From Ginglymostoma cirratum (Eukaryota), in contig JAHRHZ010000062.1 in assembly GCA_024137785.1 (NCBI GenBank), forward strand, positions 42,935,933-42,999,932: a stretch of 64,000 nucleotides of DNA. The letters run 5' to 3'. This document shows positions 1 through 12,249 of this stretch, one piece after another; position 1 is the first letter of the stretch, and every line of letters starts with the position of its first letter. The notes beneath the pieces were generated by a model. That model searched no databases. It was given only the letters and a program-made list of their open reading frames with translations, and was not told the DNA's origin. The position numbers and the translations under genes are program-made.

Positions 1-178
1 GATGCCCGACATGTCAACCAGATTCCCCTTGTTGTCTATGACCTGCATTGCCTACACTCAAACAGACTGTGAATCATGGATATACTATTCACATACAGCT
101 TGTGAATCTTAAATATACAATTTAAATATAGACTGTGAACTCAAGTGGATGGTCTCTCTACACAGACAAAGTCTGTAT

Positions 179-1089
179 TTTTATGAACCCAGCTGACACA
201 GGACAGGGAAGATGCCAGACTGAAATCTGGCTTGATATATCATGTTTTGTTTATCCTTTTTATTTAGCTGTTCTTTAACCAAAGCACAAGCTCGCAATGC
301 TGTCGGTTTGGTTTTTAAACTAAAAGAGAAGTTCATTTTACAAAAGACAAGATGATGAAATAGAATAAACCAAGCTATGTACATGAAACACAATTTGAAA
401 GATTTTGAAACACTGTAAAAATACAGACATATCTATCTCAACACAGTAAAAGTATATTCACATCTATCTCAGCACAATCACTTTGCAGAGTTCGAACACC
501 AGAGAGAGTTATTTTCTGTGTCATAAACATAGGTTTGACTTAACTGTTTCTTTCAATTCCTGGTCTTCAGAGCTTGATAGGTTCTTCCTTAATAACTCAT
601 ACAATTGAGCTTAGACTTTCTTAGCTTTGGATAACTTCTTCAGGGTTCCAACCTCTGGTTTAGAACTTTCAAACTACAATGTTTACACTGAGATAACCTG
701 TTCATAACCCTAACTATCTCCTTCCTTCAGGAGAAACTGTTTAATACACCTAACTTCTACCACAGCTTCTGCCAACTTAAAAATAGAAGTTTTGCAAAGT
801 GGGATTTTCTCCTCAGCAAGAAGAAAATAAATCTCAATCCTTCCGTACAGAAAGCAAGCTGTTCCTTAATGCTTACTGTGTCTGCTTGTAAAACTCTCCC
901 AATGCACATAAATTCTCATTATGCCAGGGACACCTTTTCTCATACTGTTGTTTTAAAAAAAAACATGGGTGCAGAAAAACAGATGACTTAATTATTAAAC
1001 ACAGACCAATCTTTACATGCCACTAGTTCAAAATCTAAACACTAAAGTAAAAGATAATAAAATATATGCATCAAACACCTCACATCACA
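179..1089. mobile_element. Probable solo LTR (Gypsy-like), ~910 bp
   Basis: Begins T(t)TTATGA, one mismatch from TGTTATGA, and ends CATCACA, giving TG...CA-type short inverted termini. Flanked by GTAT at 175-178 and 1090-1093 (4-bp TSD). Its motif gatgccagactgaaatctggc recurs at ~23626-23650. Confidence 0.5.
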
Positions 1090-2026
1090 GTATTAACAAC
1101 TAATGTACAGAACTAAATAGACGTATATTGGGAAACTTATATTTCCCATTCAGATATTCAACTATCATCAATATAGCATATTCCATCCACTAATATTAAA
1201 TGGAAAGTACAATTGAACTATAATTACAGAATTCATGCTTGAAACTTTAGGAAGTCTAACATTTGGCTTCCAAAGTAGAGATGAGAGAAGCGTAAAGGTA
1301 AGCATCTTTTCCAGTTTTCGCCTCGGTACATATCTCCTGTTTTCTGAGTCTTGCTGAAGTACAATTCCATGTGGACAAACTATTCTCTGGTATCTCTCCC
1401 AAACAATCCTCCATTCACAGCCTGGACAGTGAGTGTATACACAGACTGGTTATGGAGAGTTAGACAGCCAAACCTGAATCTCATGTCATAAATGGACTCG
1501 TCAGGTGGTGTTATTTGACTGAAATAAAGTGATGAAACTCTAATTCTGCTTCCTTATCCCTGCCCAGGCTAATATCTGGATAAGACTAAAGTTAAATACA
1601 TCTTTGCCCCCATGCTGGTGGAGATCAGCTGTTGGTATAAACCATACATCAAGCCTGCGACTAGATACAGGCGAATACGTTACATGGTCAGCTGTGTTTT
1701 TATCCACTATTTGCTGAAGCCTTTTGTGGAAATGCTATACAAAGAGGTTTATTTCATGCAAGCAAGGTAGACCAATTTTGTAAGGGTTGCGGTTTTTGGT
1801 CAGATCGTCAATATTTCATGAACGTTGAGGTTTTGGCTGAGAGATCTACTCACAAAAGGTTTAATATTGTTCCCCGTGCTTTCGTTGAGAGAGAGGAATA
1901 AATCTCAGCAGAGATGACAGCAAAGCCAAAGTTGGAATGCAATTTTTAAATTTTCAGGTGGATATTATTAATTAAGGCTCCTCTCTGTAATGTATCTCAG
2001 CTCAGCAGCAATAAGGATGCTCCAAT

Positions 2027-2240
2027 ACAGGCAAAATACTGTGGATAATGGAAATCTGAAACAAACAGAAATTGCTGGAGAAACTCAACAGGTCTGGCAG
2101 CATCTGTGGAGAAAGAAGCCGAGTTAATGTTTCAAGTCCAGTTGAATAGTCATATCGGACTGGAAACATTAACTTTGTTTCTCCCTCCAGAGATGCTGCA
2201 AGACGCATTGGGTTCTTTCAGCATTTTGTGTGTGTGTTTG
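2027..2240. mobile_element. Fold-back pair of Penelope-derived short elements (decayed hammerhead family)
   Basis: aaacagaaattgctggagaaactcaacaggtctggcagcatctgtggag...gagttaatgtttcaagtcc is followed by its inverted counterpart ggactggaaacattaact...ccagagatgctgc. Confidence 0.7.
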
Positions 2241-2852
2241 GTAACGTTGCTCCATTTGGCCTTTCCCAGGGTTCTTGCTTCTGATCACTGTAACAGCAAG
2301 GACAAGATCAGAATTCAATCTGAGAGTCAAATACGGACAAACATTTATTGTCTGGCCTGATATTTGATCGGACAATTTGGTATCTTTGAAAGTATCTATT
2401 AGTGAGAGTTGCCATGTTCAAGAAAGTAGAGAATGGGAGGGAGAGCACGAAGTATATAACTAAGTACAAAGGAAGAAAAAAACAACTCGTCTCATTTTAT
2501 TGATGGCCCATATATGGATTCCATGGTGGTCTTCCACGTGACCATATGTTAACCACCTATGGTTTTATTCCCACTATCTCTCCTGAAAAGAATTAGGAAG
2601 TGCCATTAAAAAACTTCTTGAATATGTGTACCCTTCTCACTGGTAAAAATAATTCTGATGCAAGGTGTACAATTTTAGTTACCCTGTCCATAAAAAGGAT
2701 ATTCATACATTAGAAATTTATATCAATCCAACAATAAATGCCAATGAATACAAACCAATGCCCGTCTTTTGCAGTCGGTTCCCCATGTCCTTTAGCTTAT
2801 AGGGAGGCAGGGGTTTTTCATGTTTCTGAGCCAGCAGGTTTACCTTTATGAG

Positions 2853-2954
2853 CAACAAAAACAAAAATTGCCAGAGAAGCTCAGCAAGCCTGGCAGCACG
2901 TGTGGAGAGTAATCAGAGTTAACATTTTGGATACAGTGACTCTTGCTCAGAACT
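2853..2954 (-). mobile_element. Penelope-derived short element, decayed
   Basis: Same family as 2027-2240, 20321-20426 and 46701-46831 (aaaattgccagagaagctcagcaagcctggcagc...agagttaacatttt...cagaact). Confidence 0.65.
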
Positions 2955-3419
2955 GGTCTTACTTTTATGAGTACTGGTTCAGTACAGACCGTATGCCTTC
3001 ACTATACTATCTACATCGTTATGGGTTTTCCAGTTTTTTCCTTGGAACATATCTCCTGTGGCAGGTGCACCTCCTTGTTGTGCTGGAAAGTGACCATCCG
3101 CCATATCCAAGCAGGAATTCTGACACATAAGAACTTATGAAGTAGGAGCAGGGTAGCCACTTGACTCCTCAGTGAAACCCAGAAATATTCAGAAACCTGA
3201 TCATAATAGAGTAAGGCCTTTATACTGGCTGTATGATTCTTTTTGGGAAATTGTCTTTCTCCAGACTGTGACTAATCATGGGATGAATCACTAGCAGCAC
3301 TAACAATCAGCACAGGCACAGTCAGAACTTCACTTAAACAAGCTCACTCCTTCGAGATAACTGAGTTGCAGATTTCCCCTGTTAACTGTTGTCCACTGTA
3401 TTGTGCTTTATTCCAGCCA

Positions 3420-3690
3420 CTATTTTATCACTCAACCTCTGGTGCAATTCTGTCACTTCTCTGTCTCTCTCTACCCCACCCCTTGCTCTGGTACCACTTC
3501 TTTATCTCCCTACACCTCTCTTGTTCTCTCCAGTACGGGTGCTCACTCACTCTCTGATCTCAATATAGCTTTCTCACTTCTCTCTCCTGCACCACTGTAT
3601 CAGTCACTTTCTCTCTGTGTGGTACAACCCTATTGCTCTCTGTGTGTGTCTCTCTCTCTCTCTCTCGTACCAGTGTCACACATTATGCAT
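3420..3690. repeat. Degenerate CT-rich low-complexity repeat
   Basis: Recurrent ctctctct...(g)tacca/cacca units. Confidence 0.5.
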
Positions 3691-4081
3691 AATTCAACTA
3701 CTCAGGGAACATTAGTTAATTTATTATTGCTGAGCTCAGACAATAATGGCTTTGTTGCATTCACTTGGGAAAAACATTGGAGGAATGAAGGGTAATAGAG
3801 AATGAAACTTGGAAATTTATTAAAGCACTGCATAAAGAGAAAAGACTAGGCTCTGGTGTTAGGCTGTGTGACACATGGATTGAGCCTGGGAATACTTTGG
3901 TTGTTTATGAAAGGCTGTATATAAATGAAAATCCTTCTCCATTCTCAGAGTTGCAATTATTCTCTTTCTGTCTCACCATCTCTATCACAGGAGACTTTGC
4001 ATAGTATTATCTCTATCCCAGATGGGTATATGTTGGAATCATGTTTTTTTTTTCACAGTTTAGTATTTTGTGTATCTGCAG

Positions 4082-4156
4082 GTGCTGATTTGTTTTGCTG
4101 TCCTGTTCTGTGGAGTGGTACAGATGATGTACTGGAAATCTACTTATAAGCATCTG
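4082..4156 (+). CDS. TSPAN32: TSPAN32 coding exon (likely exon 4; TM3): VLICFAVLFCGVVQMMYWKSTYKHL
   Basis: ctgcag| acceptor, |gtgagt donor, 75 nt, phase 0/0. Aligns without gaps to recalled human TSPAN32 GFLCFSLAFCAQVQVVFWRLHSPTQ. A 75-nt TM3 exon is typical of CD81/CD9-type tetraspanins. Confidence 0.85.
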
Positions 4157-5244
4157 GTGAGTCATATTCCAAACCTGGACTCAGTTACATTTATTTATGT
4201 TAATATGACTTGTAACTGACTGGAGAAATGACAGATTGTGCTTGTTACAGCGAACAGGTAACACTGGGAATGGTAGTGCTTCTTTTAAATGGTCAGCGCA
4301 GTTTTGTTCGCCTCCATTAATGCAGAATTGGTCATAATGTGGCCATGGTCAGCAATAAATTAGGCATTGCACTCAGATGTTATGCTCGCGAAGTAAGACT
4401 GCCACACATAGTCCAGTGAAAGGTGCTCAAGAAAATAAACAGTATGTTTTACTCCCAGGGAATTTTAAATTTTAACCCAGAAGAATGGATGGGATTTAGT
4501 TGGTTGGAAAGTAAGAACTTTATATTAAAAAAAACCCCTCAAAACTAAATGCACCTCAAACACTCTAGAGGGGAAAATAGGTGCAGGCACCCAATATGCC
4601 AATAGGTGATGGGTCCCTTATTAAAATATTTTAGTAAAGTAACATTCCTCAAATCTTTATCTCTGTTTCAGCTTTAATACTGACCAATCTGGTTTCCCAG
4701 CATTGGGAACCCTAGCAGCTGTGGGGAAGTAACTGCTGTGTGGAACGAATTAGTGAATTTTCGGCACTACTTGTGGGGTAGAAGAGTGTTAACCTGCCCA
4801 GTATATGGACTCATTCTCCCCGTGATTCAATTCCTCTCCCAGCGTCCTCCACAGTCTGTAATCTCCTTCTGGCTTTCTGCTCCGTGATATCCCCAAACTT
4901 TACTTTTCTCTTCCCTCGTTCTCTGTGGTCCTCTCCCCTCTTCTGTGATCCCTGCTGACTCTTGAATGCTTTCCCATTCAGAGGCTTTCGAACACAATGG
5001 CAGGCAGTAGCAGGGCCGTGTGTGGGGTCCTGAGTCTGGGACTTGTCTCCTCTGCTTTCTTTTTACTTCTGCTTTTTCTTCTATTCTCCTTCCTCATTCT
5101 TCTTTTCCTTGAAGCCTTTTATGGCATGTTAAATCAGCAGCATCAGCACAGCAGCGAGAGTGGGCTAATCGCGGAATGGCAACAGCCTCCCAGTGGTCAG
5201 AGACAGCGGCAGCAGACACCATCCCTCCTGGCGATTGGAGGTGG

Positions 5245-5410
5245 CAGTGGCAGCAAGGGGGCCCCGCCTGGTGTTCGGGGATGGTAGGAGCAGCAANNNN
5301 NNNNNNTGGTGTTCGGGGATGGTAGGAGCAGCAAGGGGGCCCCGCCTGGTGTTTGGGTCCAGTAGTGGCAGCAAGGGAGTCCTCCTGGTGTTCGGGGACG
5401 GTAGTGGTGA
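5245..5410. repeat. ~40-bp GC-rich minisatellite with 10-N gap (5297-5306)
   Basis: Unit gcagcaagggggccccgcctggtgttcggggatggtagga, about 4 visible copies. Confidence 0.85.
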
Positions 5411-5989
5411 CCAGATATTGGAGGTACCAGCATCTGTGGCAGCAAGAACACAGCTCCTCCTGGTGATCATAGGCTGACCGAGACTCCCGGCTGTGACAAG
5501 GTCCGTGAGCCTGCATTGGTGGGTCCCAAACACCTTTAGGGAGATAAGGCTTAGATTTTAATATCTGGATTTTTTTTTTATCTTTTTGTTTTCTTTATTG
5601 CAGCCTGGTGCCGCAGGCTGACCTGCCTGACAGCTGTGGAGCCTCTCAAGCTGCTGGCTGCGAGCAGGAAGTGGAATCCAGAACGATTTCCTGCGGCTCT
5701 CTTAACAGCTCCAGAGGAAAGCATGAGCATCAGGCTTTCCTGATACAGCAGAAAGTGTGAACAGGGATGAGCTAAAGACTTCAAACTAGTAAGACAGAGA
5801 GATCTACGAGGAATGGGACAAGCCTAATGATAAATGAAACAGGAAGGCAGAACACAGGACAGACTATATTAAGGAATTACATAATTGGCTAGAGCACATT
5901 TAAAAGATTAAACATATAATTAATAATAAAGTGGCTTATTAAATAAAATTGAACTGCCTGCACAGCAATTTCACACATTATCCATAACA

Positions 5990-7200
5990 CAACAGGGGAA
6001 CCAGAGCCACTTATAAGAAATTTGGAACCAGATTTAGTTGGGATTACTGAGGCATGACTTCAAAAAAATCAGGACTAGGAATTAAACATTGCAGGGCATA
6101 ATATATTCAGCTGAGATTGCCTAGGAATAAAGGAGGTGGTGTAGTTAACCTTATAATGATCTCACAGAAAGTGACGACCATGAGTAAGACTGAAAAAGAA
6201 TCTATGTGGATAGAGACAAAAGATGATGGATTGATCACACCTATAATGGTAACCTACAAAACACTCATCAGTAGAAAGTAGGTGGAGGAAGAAATATTTA
6301 AATATATTAAGGAACCTGTAGACTTTTGGGTCCATACTATAAAGAATAAAAGCATGGCAGAGACCAGGGTAATGGATCATAGAAAAGTCGATTTGGGTTG
6401 CTGACTGGGAATAGGATTTTGGGAAAATAAAACGCACAATAATATTTGCTAACAATAACATAGAATGCTAAAGGGAAATGTTTAACGTGATGTTCAGTGG
6501 AATTCAGGAAAATCATATTTTGCTGAAAAGCAGTAGTAAACTATAACGTAATGAGAAACCATGGATGAATGAAGACATAACAGAAAAATTGAAGATAAGG
6601 AAAGCATACACCGAGTACATGGACAGCAGGGAACTTATAAGAGAGAATAAGGAGCAATTAGGAAATCAGTCAAAGAAGAATTAGGAATGCAAAGAGGAAA
6701 TATGAAATGAAGTTGTCGAGAAACATAAAGCAAATTGTAAAATCCTGTACAGGCAGATAAATAAAAGTAGGACAGTTAAGATTGAAAAAAAAATATACTA
6801 GTCAAACTAAAAGAGGAATAAAGTGTTTAATGACCTAATAGAGGCCTTTAAAATTATGAAAGGAGGGTTTTGATAGAATGCATATGGAAAGAATGTTTTC
6901 TCTTTGTTAAAGAGTATAACTGGAGGCCAACAATATCGGATGGTCACCAAGAAATCCAGTAGAACGTTTAGAAGAAACTTGTTTATCCAACGAGTGCGGA
7001 GAATGTAGAACTTGCAACCACTGAATGTCGTTGAAGTCAATTGTACAAGTGCATTTAATGGGAAGCTGAACAAGCACATGAGGGAGAAGGAAATAGAGGG
7101 TTATAATGATAGATTTAGATAAGGAAGGATGGGAAGAAGCTTGTGTGGACCATTATCGCCAGTCTGGACTGATTGGGTTGAATAGGTTGTTTCTACATGG
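5990..7200 (+). mobile_element. Degenerate, internally deleted CR1-type LINE
   Basis: Endonuclease-like remnant (PDLVGITEA*L...NIAG...KGGGV, ~6028-6145) and a CR1-type 3' end (gacctaatagaggcctttaaaattatgaaagg..., ~6832-7190). Confidence 0.7.
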
Positions 7201-7261
7201 AGAAAAAAATTACCACGAGTTATCTCTAGAAGGAGGTAGTTAAAAGAATAGAAAAGTGTTC

Positions 7262-9836
7262 TGCATAACATCTCGCCAGCATATTAATTTTGGAAACCCC
7301 TGGATAACCCTGGGGGAGTTCAGCCAGTATCTGGCAGTGACCTTTGCTCGGGACAATCACCCTCACTCCCCATAATAATATGCCTCGACTGTGATCCAGT
7401 CCCTCTGGGTCCTAAAATCAGGTTGTGATGGCCCTTTGTTTTCTCCCATCACCACTAGCTGCTTCAAGTTTTGCCAGGACCGGATCTTTCTGTGTCCAAA
7501 GTCTGATATTGTCAGCTGTGACTGGAAGTGTGTCCAGAAAATTTAAAATCATTATGGTCTCTTCCAGTGGCAGTACCACCAGCAGTATATCTGCCAGTGG
7601 GAGATGGCTCAATGCATCGGTGTTTGCTGATTGGCCTCCCAGAGAGTGTTCTGACTTGTAACTATACATACTTAGTATTAGAGCCCACTGCTCAATTTGG
7701 TCTGAAGTTATGGGCGGCACTGCCTTATCCTCTTTAAGTAGACCTGGTAGAGGTTTGTAGTCCATTATTATTACAAAGTTACATCCATAAAGGTATTGGT
7801 GGAACACCCTGACTCCAAATATGTTCTGCCAAACCTTCCTTCTCTAGCTGGACATATTTATGCTCTGCATTAGCCAAAACCTTGGGTGCATACGCTATTA
7901 GGCATTCCTCTTCATTGGCCATCATGAGTTAATACTACCCCAATGCCATGCAGGGAGGCATCACATGTCGATACGAGATCTCATTTGGGATCATAGTGTG
8001 CCAACACCTTAGAGGATGATATCTGTTCCTTCACTTCCCTGAAAGCTGTGGCTTGGCTGCACGACCATTTCCAAAGCAGACCCTTTGTCAACAGTTGATG
8101 CAAAGATTCCAGGATGGAGGCAAGGTTATGTAGGAACTTTCCACAATAATTCATCAGCCAAGGAAAGACCTAAGCTCCAGTATGAACATGGGAGCCAGGG
8201 CACCTTTGATCACTCTCACTTTATCCTTCAACGGGTGTAACCTGGTCTTGTCGACTCTGTAGAGTCGATCACTTGGGGTGCCTAGAACACACTTTTTTAC
8301 CTTCTTAGGCATAAGGCAGCCTGGGACAACTGTCTAAGGACTATGTCCAAGTTCTTTAAGTACTCCTTATTGGTCTTCCCTGTTATTAGTACGTCATCTA
8401 GATAAATGGCAACCTAGGATGACCTTGCAAAATGTTCTCCATCGTCCACTGAAAAATTGCACAGCCTGACATTGCTCTAAATGACAGTCTCATATACTGG
8501 TACAAATGCTTATGTGAATTAATTGTACCATACTTCTGGTTGCAAGTAAGCATGGCTCATGTCTAGCTTCGTGAACAACAGCTCCCCTGCCAGCTTTGCG
8601 TATAAATCCTCTACGCGAGGGATTGGGTATTTATCCAGCTGCCAAAAGCGGTTTACCGTTTGTTTAAATTCCCCACAAAGGCAAACCAACCCATTGGACT
8701 CCAAAATCGATATGATTTGTGCTGCCCATTCCATAACTGGTTTGATGATTCTTTCACTTTCCAGCCTTCTGATGTCTGCCTCTATTTAATGGCACTGGAC
8801 GGGCCTTGCAGAATCTTGGGATTGCTTCCTGGTCCACATGCAAGGTGGCCTGGGCTCCTTTGATGCTCCTTAGACCTCCTTGGAAGACTTCTGGGTATTT
8901 AATTAGGACTTCACAAAATCAGCCATTTTCAAATCGAAAAATGTTGAGCTAATCTCTCAACTAACTTCACGCCAACAGGCCAGGCCTTTTACTACAATCA
9001 ATCAGTGGTAAGTGAACCAGCTGCTCCTCGTGAGAAACTGGAACTGAAGTTATACCCTTAATCAGTAAAGGTTCCCCGTTATAGCTTCTCAGTCTAGCCA
9101 AGGTCTTGCACAAACTTAAGGGGTTGGACTCCAGAGCACATTTTGTTAAAGCCTGGTTCTGCAATCACTGATACAGCTGCGCTGGTATCAACCTCCATTA
9201 GAACCAGAAGACTATTTAACCAGACTTTTATTTTGATTGGTTCCAATTTGGATGTTGCTAAGCAATTTAGCTGTTCTAAACCAGATGTAGGTGGACTTTC
9301 CAGGGCGTGCACTGTCCTGGAATACCCTGCAACCTAGTCAGAGTGCCTCTTTGAAGTATAGTTGGGCTTCAGCTAGTAGGATCTTTTGCATAGTTGCATC
9401 TTAATCCTACAAGCCAACTGGTCTCTGAGCATCTCATTAAGGAGTAAACCAAAGTCACATGCTTCTGCCAATAGCTTAACCTCTCAAAATCTCGATATGG
9501 ATTTCCGTGGTTCTTGAATTGCCATGACAGACAAATTAGAGGAGGCTTGGGGTCATAATATTCCCTAACTCAATCCAACAATTCTTGAAAGGTTTTAGTA
9601 TCTGGTGTCTCAGGGAAAGTCAGACTCGTAATAACCATAAAAGCTGCAGGTCCACAAGCTCTCAGGGGAATTACTTGTTGCTTTTCATCTGCCCCAGTGT
9701 CCTTTGCCCAGTAAAGATAATGAATTCTTTCCACATACCGGGCCCTGTCTTTGACAAATAACGGCATAAAGCCAGAAATACTCAAACATGAGTTGCAAGC
9801 GAGTTACTTCAGGAACATACTTTACTTTCGTCACCA
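7262..9836 (-). mobile_element. Decayed Ty3/Gypsy LTR retrotransposon internal region (gag-protease-RT-RNaseH, start of integrase), 3'-truncated
   Basis: Gag-like YVERI...KTFQELL (9570-9785); protease MEVDTSAAVSVI; RT DKYPIPRVEDLYAKLAG..FTKLDMSHAYLQ and AIYLDDVLITG (~8378-8410); RNaseH MDYKPL...QWALIL...NTDALSHLP; LLWGVRVIVP...YPGVSKINMLAR at ~7270-7380. Many frameshifts and stops. Confidence 0.92.
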
Positions 9837-9837
9837 C

Positions 9838-10054
9838 TGAAATAACTCCCCAGAGGCTGGTGTCCCATCACCTAGTCGTCCTTTATTTACAAGTGGAAAG
9901 TCCTTGATGCTGGTCCAGCTCCCTCAGAATCAGCTTTCAGAGTGTCAGAATGTCTAACACTTTGCTTTTTATCTTTCAGACCAGACTAACAGCCCCAATC
10001 AGAGAACTCATATTCTGTGATATCCACCTGGCTGACCTCGTTACAATCACTACA
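9838..10054 (-). mobile_element. 5' LTR of the Gypsy element, with adjacent primer-binding site
   Basis: Minus strand reads TGTAGTGATTG...TATTTCA, with AATAAA at 9882-9887. PBS-like TGGTGACGAAAG lies one nt inside, at 9825-9836. Confidence 0.75.
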
Positions 10055-10841
10055 TTCTCAAACTATATTTAAAACATTCTTCCTTTTTCTTCCATTTGGA
10101 TAATTTGGCATTTCCACCTGGATAGATACTGGAAATTTACAAGGATCTGCTATTTCTCATTTATCCTGTGACTGATCTCAGGGTATGTCACTTCCTCACC
10201 AAATGTACCTGCGCAGTGGCCTTAAAGCCAGTTAAATACAATAAAACAACAGTTCTGAATTCGACACCAGACTGCCTACTGCTCACAGCAACCCTACAGG
10301 ACATCACCTACTATTAATTAAACCCTTGATTAACCATTGTTTGTGCTGTTAAAATTGCTGATATGATTCACAGACAATAGCAATTAATCTGAAGCAGACT
10401 GTCCTGCATTTATGCCTGTGTATTTCTAACAGCCTGCACTCAGTACCTTTTACTAACAGAGCCTAATATGAATGCACAGTCTTTGGCTCAGGGCCTTGCT
10501 TAATAAATTCCTTGAGGTTTGTGAGTCATCATTAATAACCGGAGATTGAATTGATTTTTGCTTTGTGAAGACTGACAGGAGATTCTTCAAGCAGACCATC
10601 CAATAAAGCTGGATTGGGGTGGGGGGTACTCACTCTAATTTCTGTGTTTTTATGGAATGTACAGCTGTGAAGGGTTGGATTTTTCCATAAAATTAGCTTA
10701 GTGTCAATTTTGGTGAGTTTCATGGTGGGTTCGTCTCCACGAGCCCTAGTGAGATTTCACACTTTAGTTACTGAAACTGACCTCATTAGGTGTGCACCAT
10801 GCTTCTGTGGTGCCTCCCTCATCAAATCTACCCTATCACCA

Positions 10842-10976
10842 CAGGCAAATGTATTCCTCACGTTCGGAACATCCCAGGCAAATGTATTCCCCACTTCCGG
10901 GACATCCCAGGCAAATGTATTCCCCGCAGCTGGGACATCCCAGGCAAATGTATTCCCCGCAGTTGGGACATCCAGG
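10842..10976. repeat. 33-bp minisatellite, 4 copies
   Basis: Unit caggcaaatgtattccccgcagctgggacatcc starting at 10842, 10875, 10908 and 10941. Confidence 0.95.
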
Positions 10977-11119
10977 GTTCCGGGGGCAGCACAATATTTA
11001 AAATGCAGCTTTGCATCAGGTTGAACGCTGTCAACCCAGATGCTGCTGTGTATGTTGTTTGAATCTGAATAATTGCTCTCAACCTGGAGAGCAGAGGAAA
11101 TATAAATTTCTCACCCATC

Positions 11120-11975
11120 CCCCTCCCGCCAAGATTTGCAGACAGGAGGACCTGATGGATGGGTAGTGCAAGAGAAGGGCCATCCTCTTCCTTCAGGCCT
11201 GGCAGAGGAAACCACATCCCCGGACCTTGGTCTAAGGGCTGGCTGCCACCCGTTGTCTGGAGGCAGCTGTGTGAGGGTAAGTGCCATACCCTTCTCTCTG
11301 CTACCTCACACAGAGTCTATCTCTGCTACCACACCCATCTCCACGCCAGGGCTCATGCTCTACCCCTCTCATTATTGTGTGCACTATCTTCCTTCACGTG
11401 CTCTCACCCACCTAACCCTACCCACACTGCTAACCCTCTGTGCTGCCACCTCAGTCTCTCGGAACACTTTTCCCCAACTTACACCAGTACCAACAGCTGG
11501 GCCATCCACTTTCATCTCACTCAATCTGTCTTTTCCTCTCATTCCAGAAGAAAACCACCCACATTAGAGCTGAAAGAACTAATTGTGTGATATGGCACCC
11601 AACGTCCATCTCCTCACCCTCTCCAGTGGGAGAATCCTTTCTCTAGCTGGTGAGGACCATGACCATTCCTTCGGTGATGCTCAAAACTTCATGAGATTGT
11701 TGCTAAATAAGGATCGTTGCCCGTTGGCGTGCTGTTCGCCCATTACAGCCACTAGGAATGTACTCTTAACACGCCTGAGTTTCTGCTCTTTCTTGTGATA
11801 CATTCTCTTTTTTGTCTCCAGTAAGCACTGATGAAACATGCATAGTCTCTGCCTTGAAGAGACTGGCCCCACAAGGCATCTCCTCCTTCTCCTCTGAGGC
11901 AGGAGCCTCAGACCCCTCCGAGGAAGCACCGGCAAAGCAGCTTCCTCCAACCTCCACCAGTACAGCTCCCATGGA
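11120..11975 (+). mobile_element. Probable PIF/Harbinger transposon remnant (spliced Myb/SANT-like ORF pseudogene)
   Basis: PPRFADR..DL..DG.V..RAILF..QRKP is followed by a gtaagt donor (11277), a CA/CT-rich intron, a ttccag acceptor (11547), then KKTTHIRAER...LT...ILSLAGEDHDHSFGD. This resembles Harbinger Myb-like proteins as I recall them. Frameshifted. Confidence 0.5.
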
Positions 11976-12249
11976 AATTTGCTAGACTAGATTAGGGAGC
12001 ACAATCTGGTGAGCACCTCACTGTGCCAGCTATACTGTTGGCTGAGGAAGGAACATCCCAGGTTGCTTTCACATGGAGAACTGCCAGACACCATTTTACC
12101 AGGCACCATTCAGCCCCAGGCAGGAAAGGACACATGATATTAACAATTATCAACTTGGAGCAACAGGCAAACTTGTTGTGGGCACTGGTCACTGGCTTAA
12201 AGGTGGAGGACTTCACTAACTCTTTTTGTACTGCCTCTAACGTGTGAGC

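Noticed and set aside
1251-1297. Possible TSPAN32 exon 3 (ctttag|...AAG|gtaagc)
   Set aside because: It is 47 nt rather than ~98 and encodes no TM2-like hydrophobic sequence. Exons 1-3 are probably upstream of the window.
10842-10976. CRISPR-like look (constant part plus variable core, internal dyad)
   Set aside because: Units are head-to-tail with only a few variable bases, there are no unique spacers or cas genes, and the context is vertebrate.
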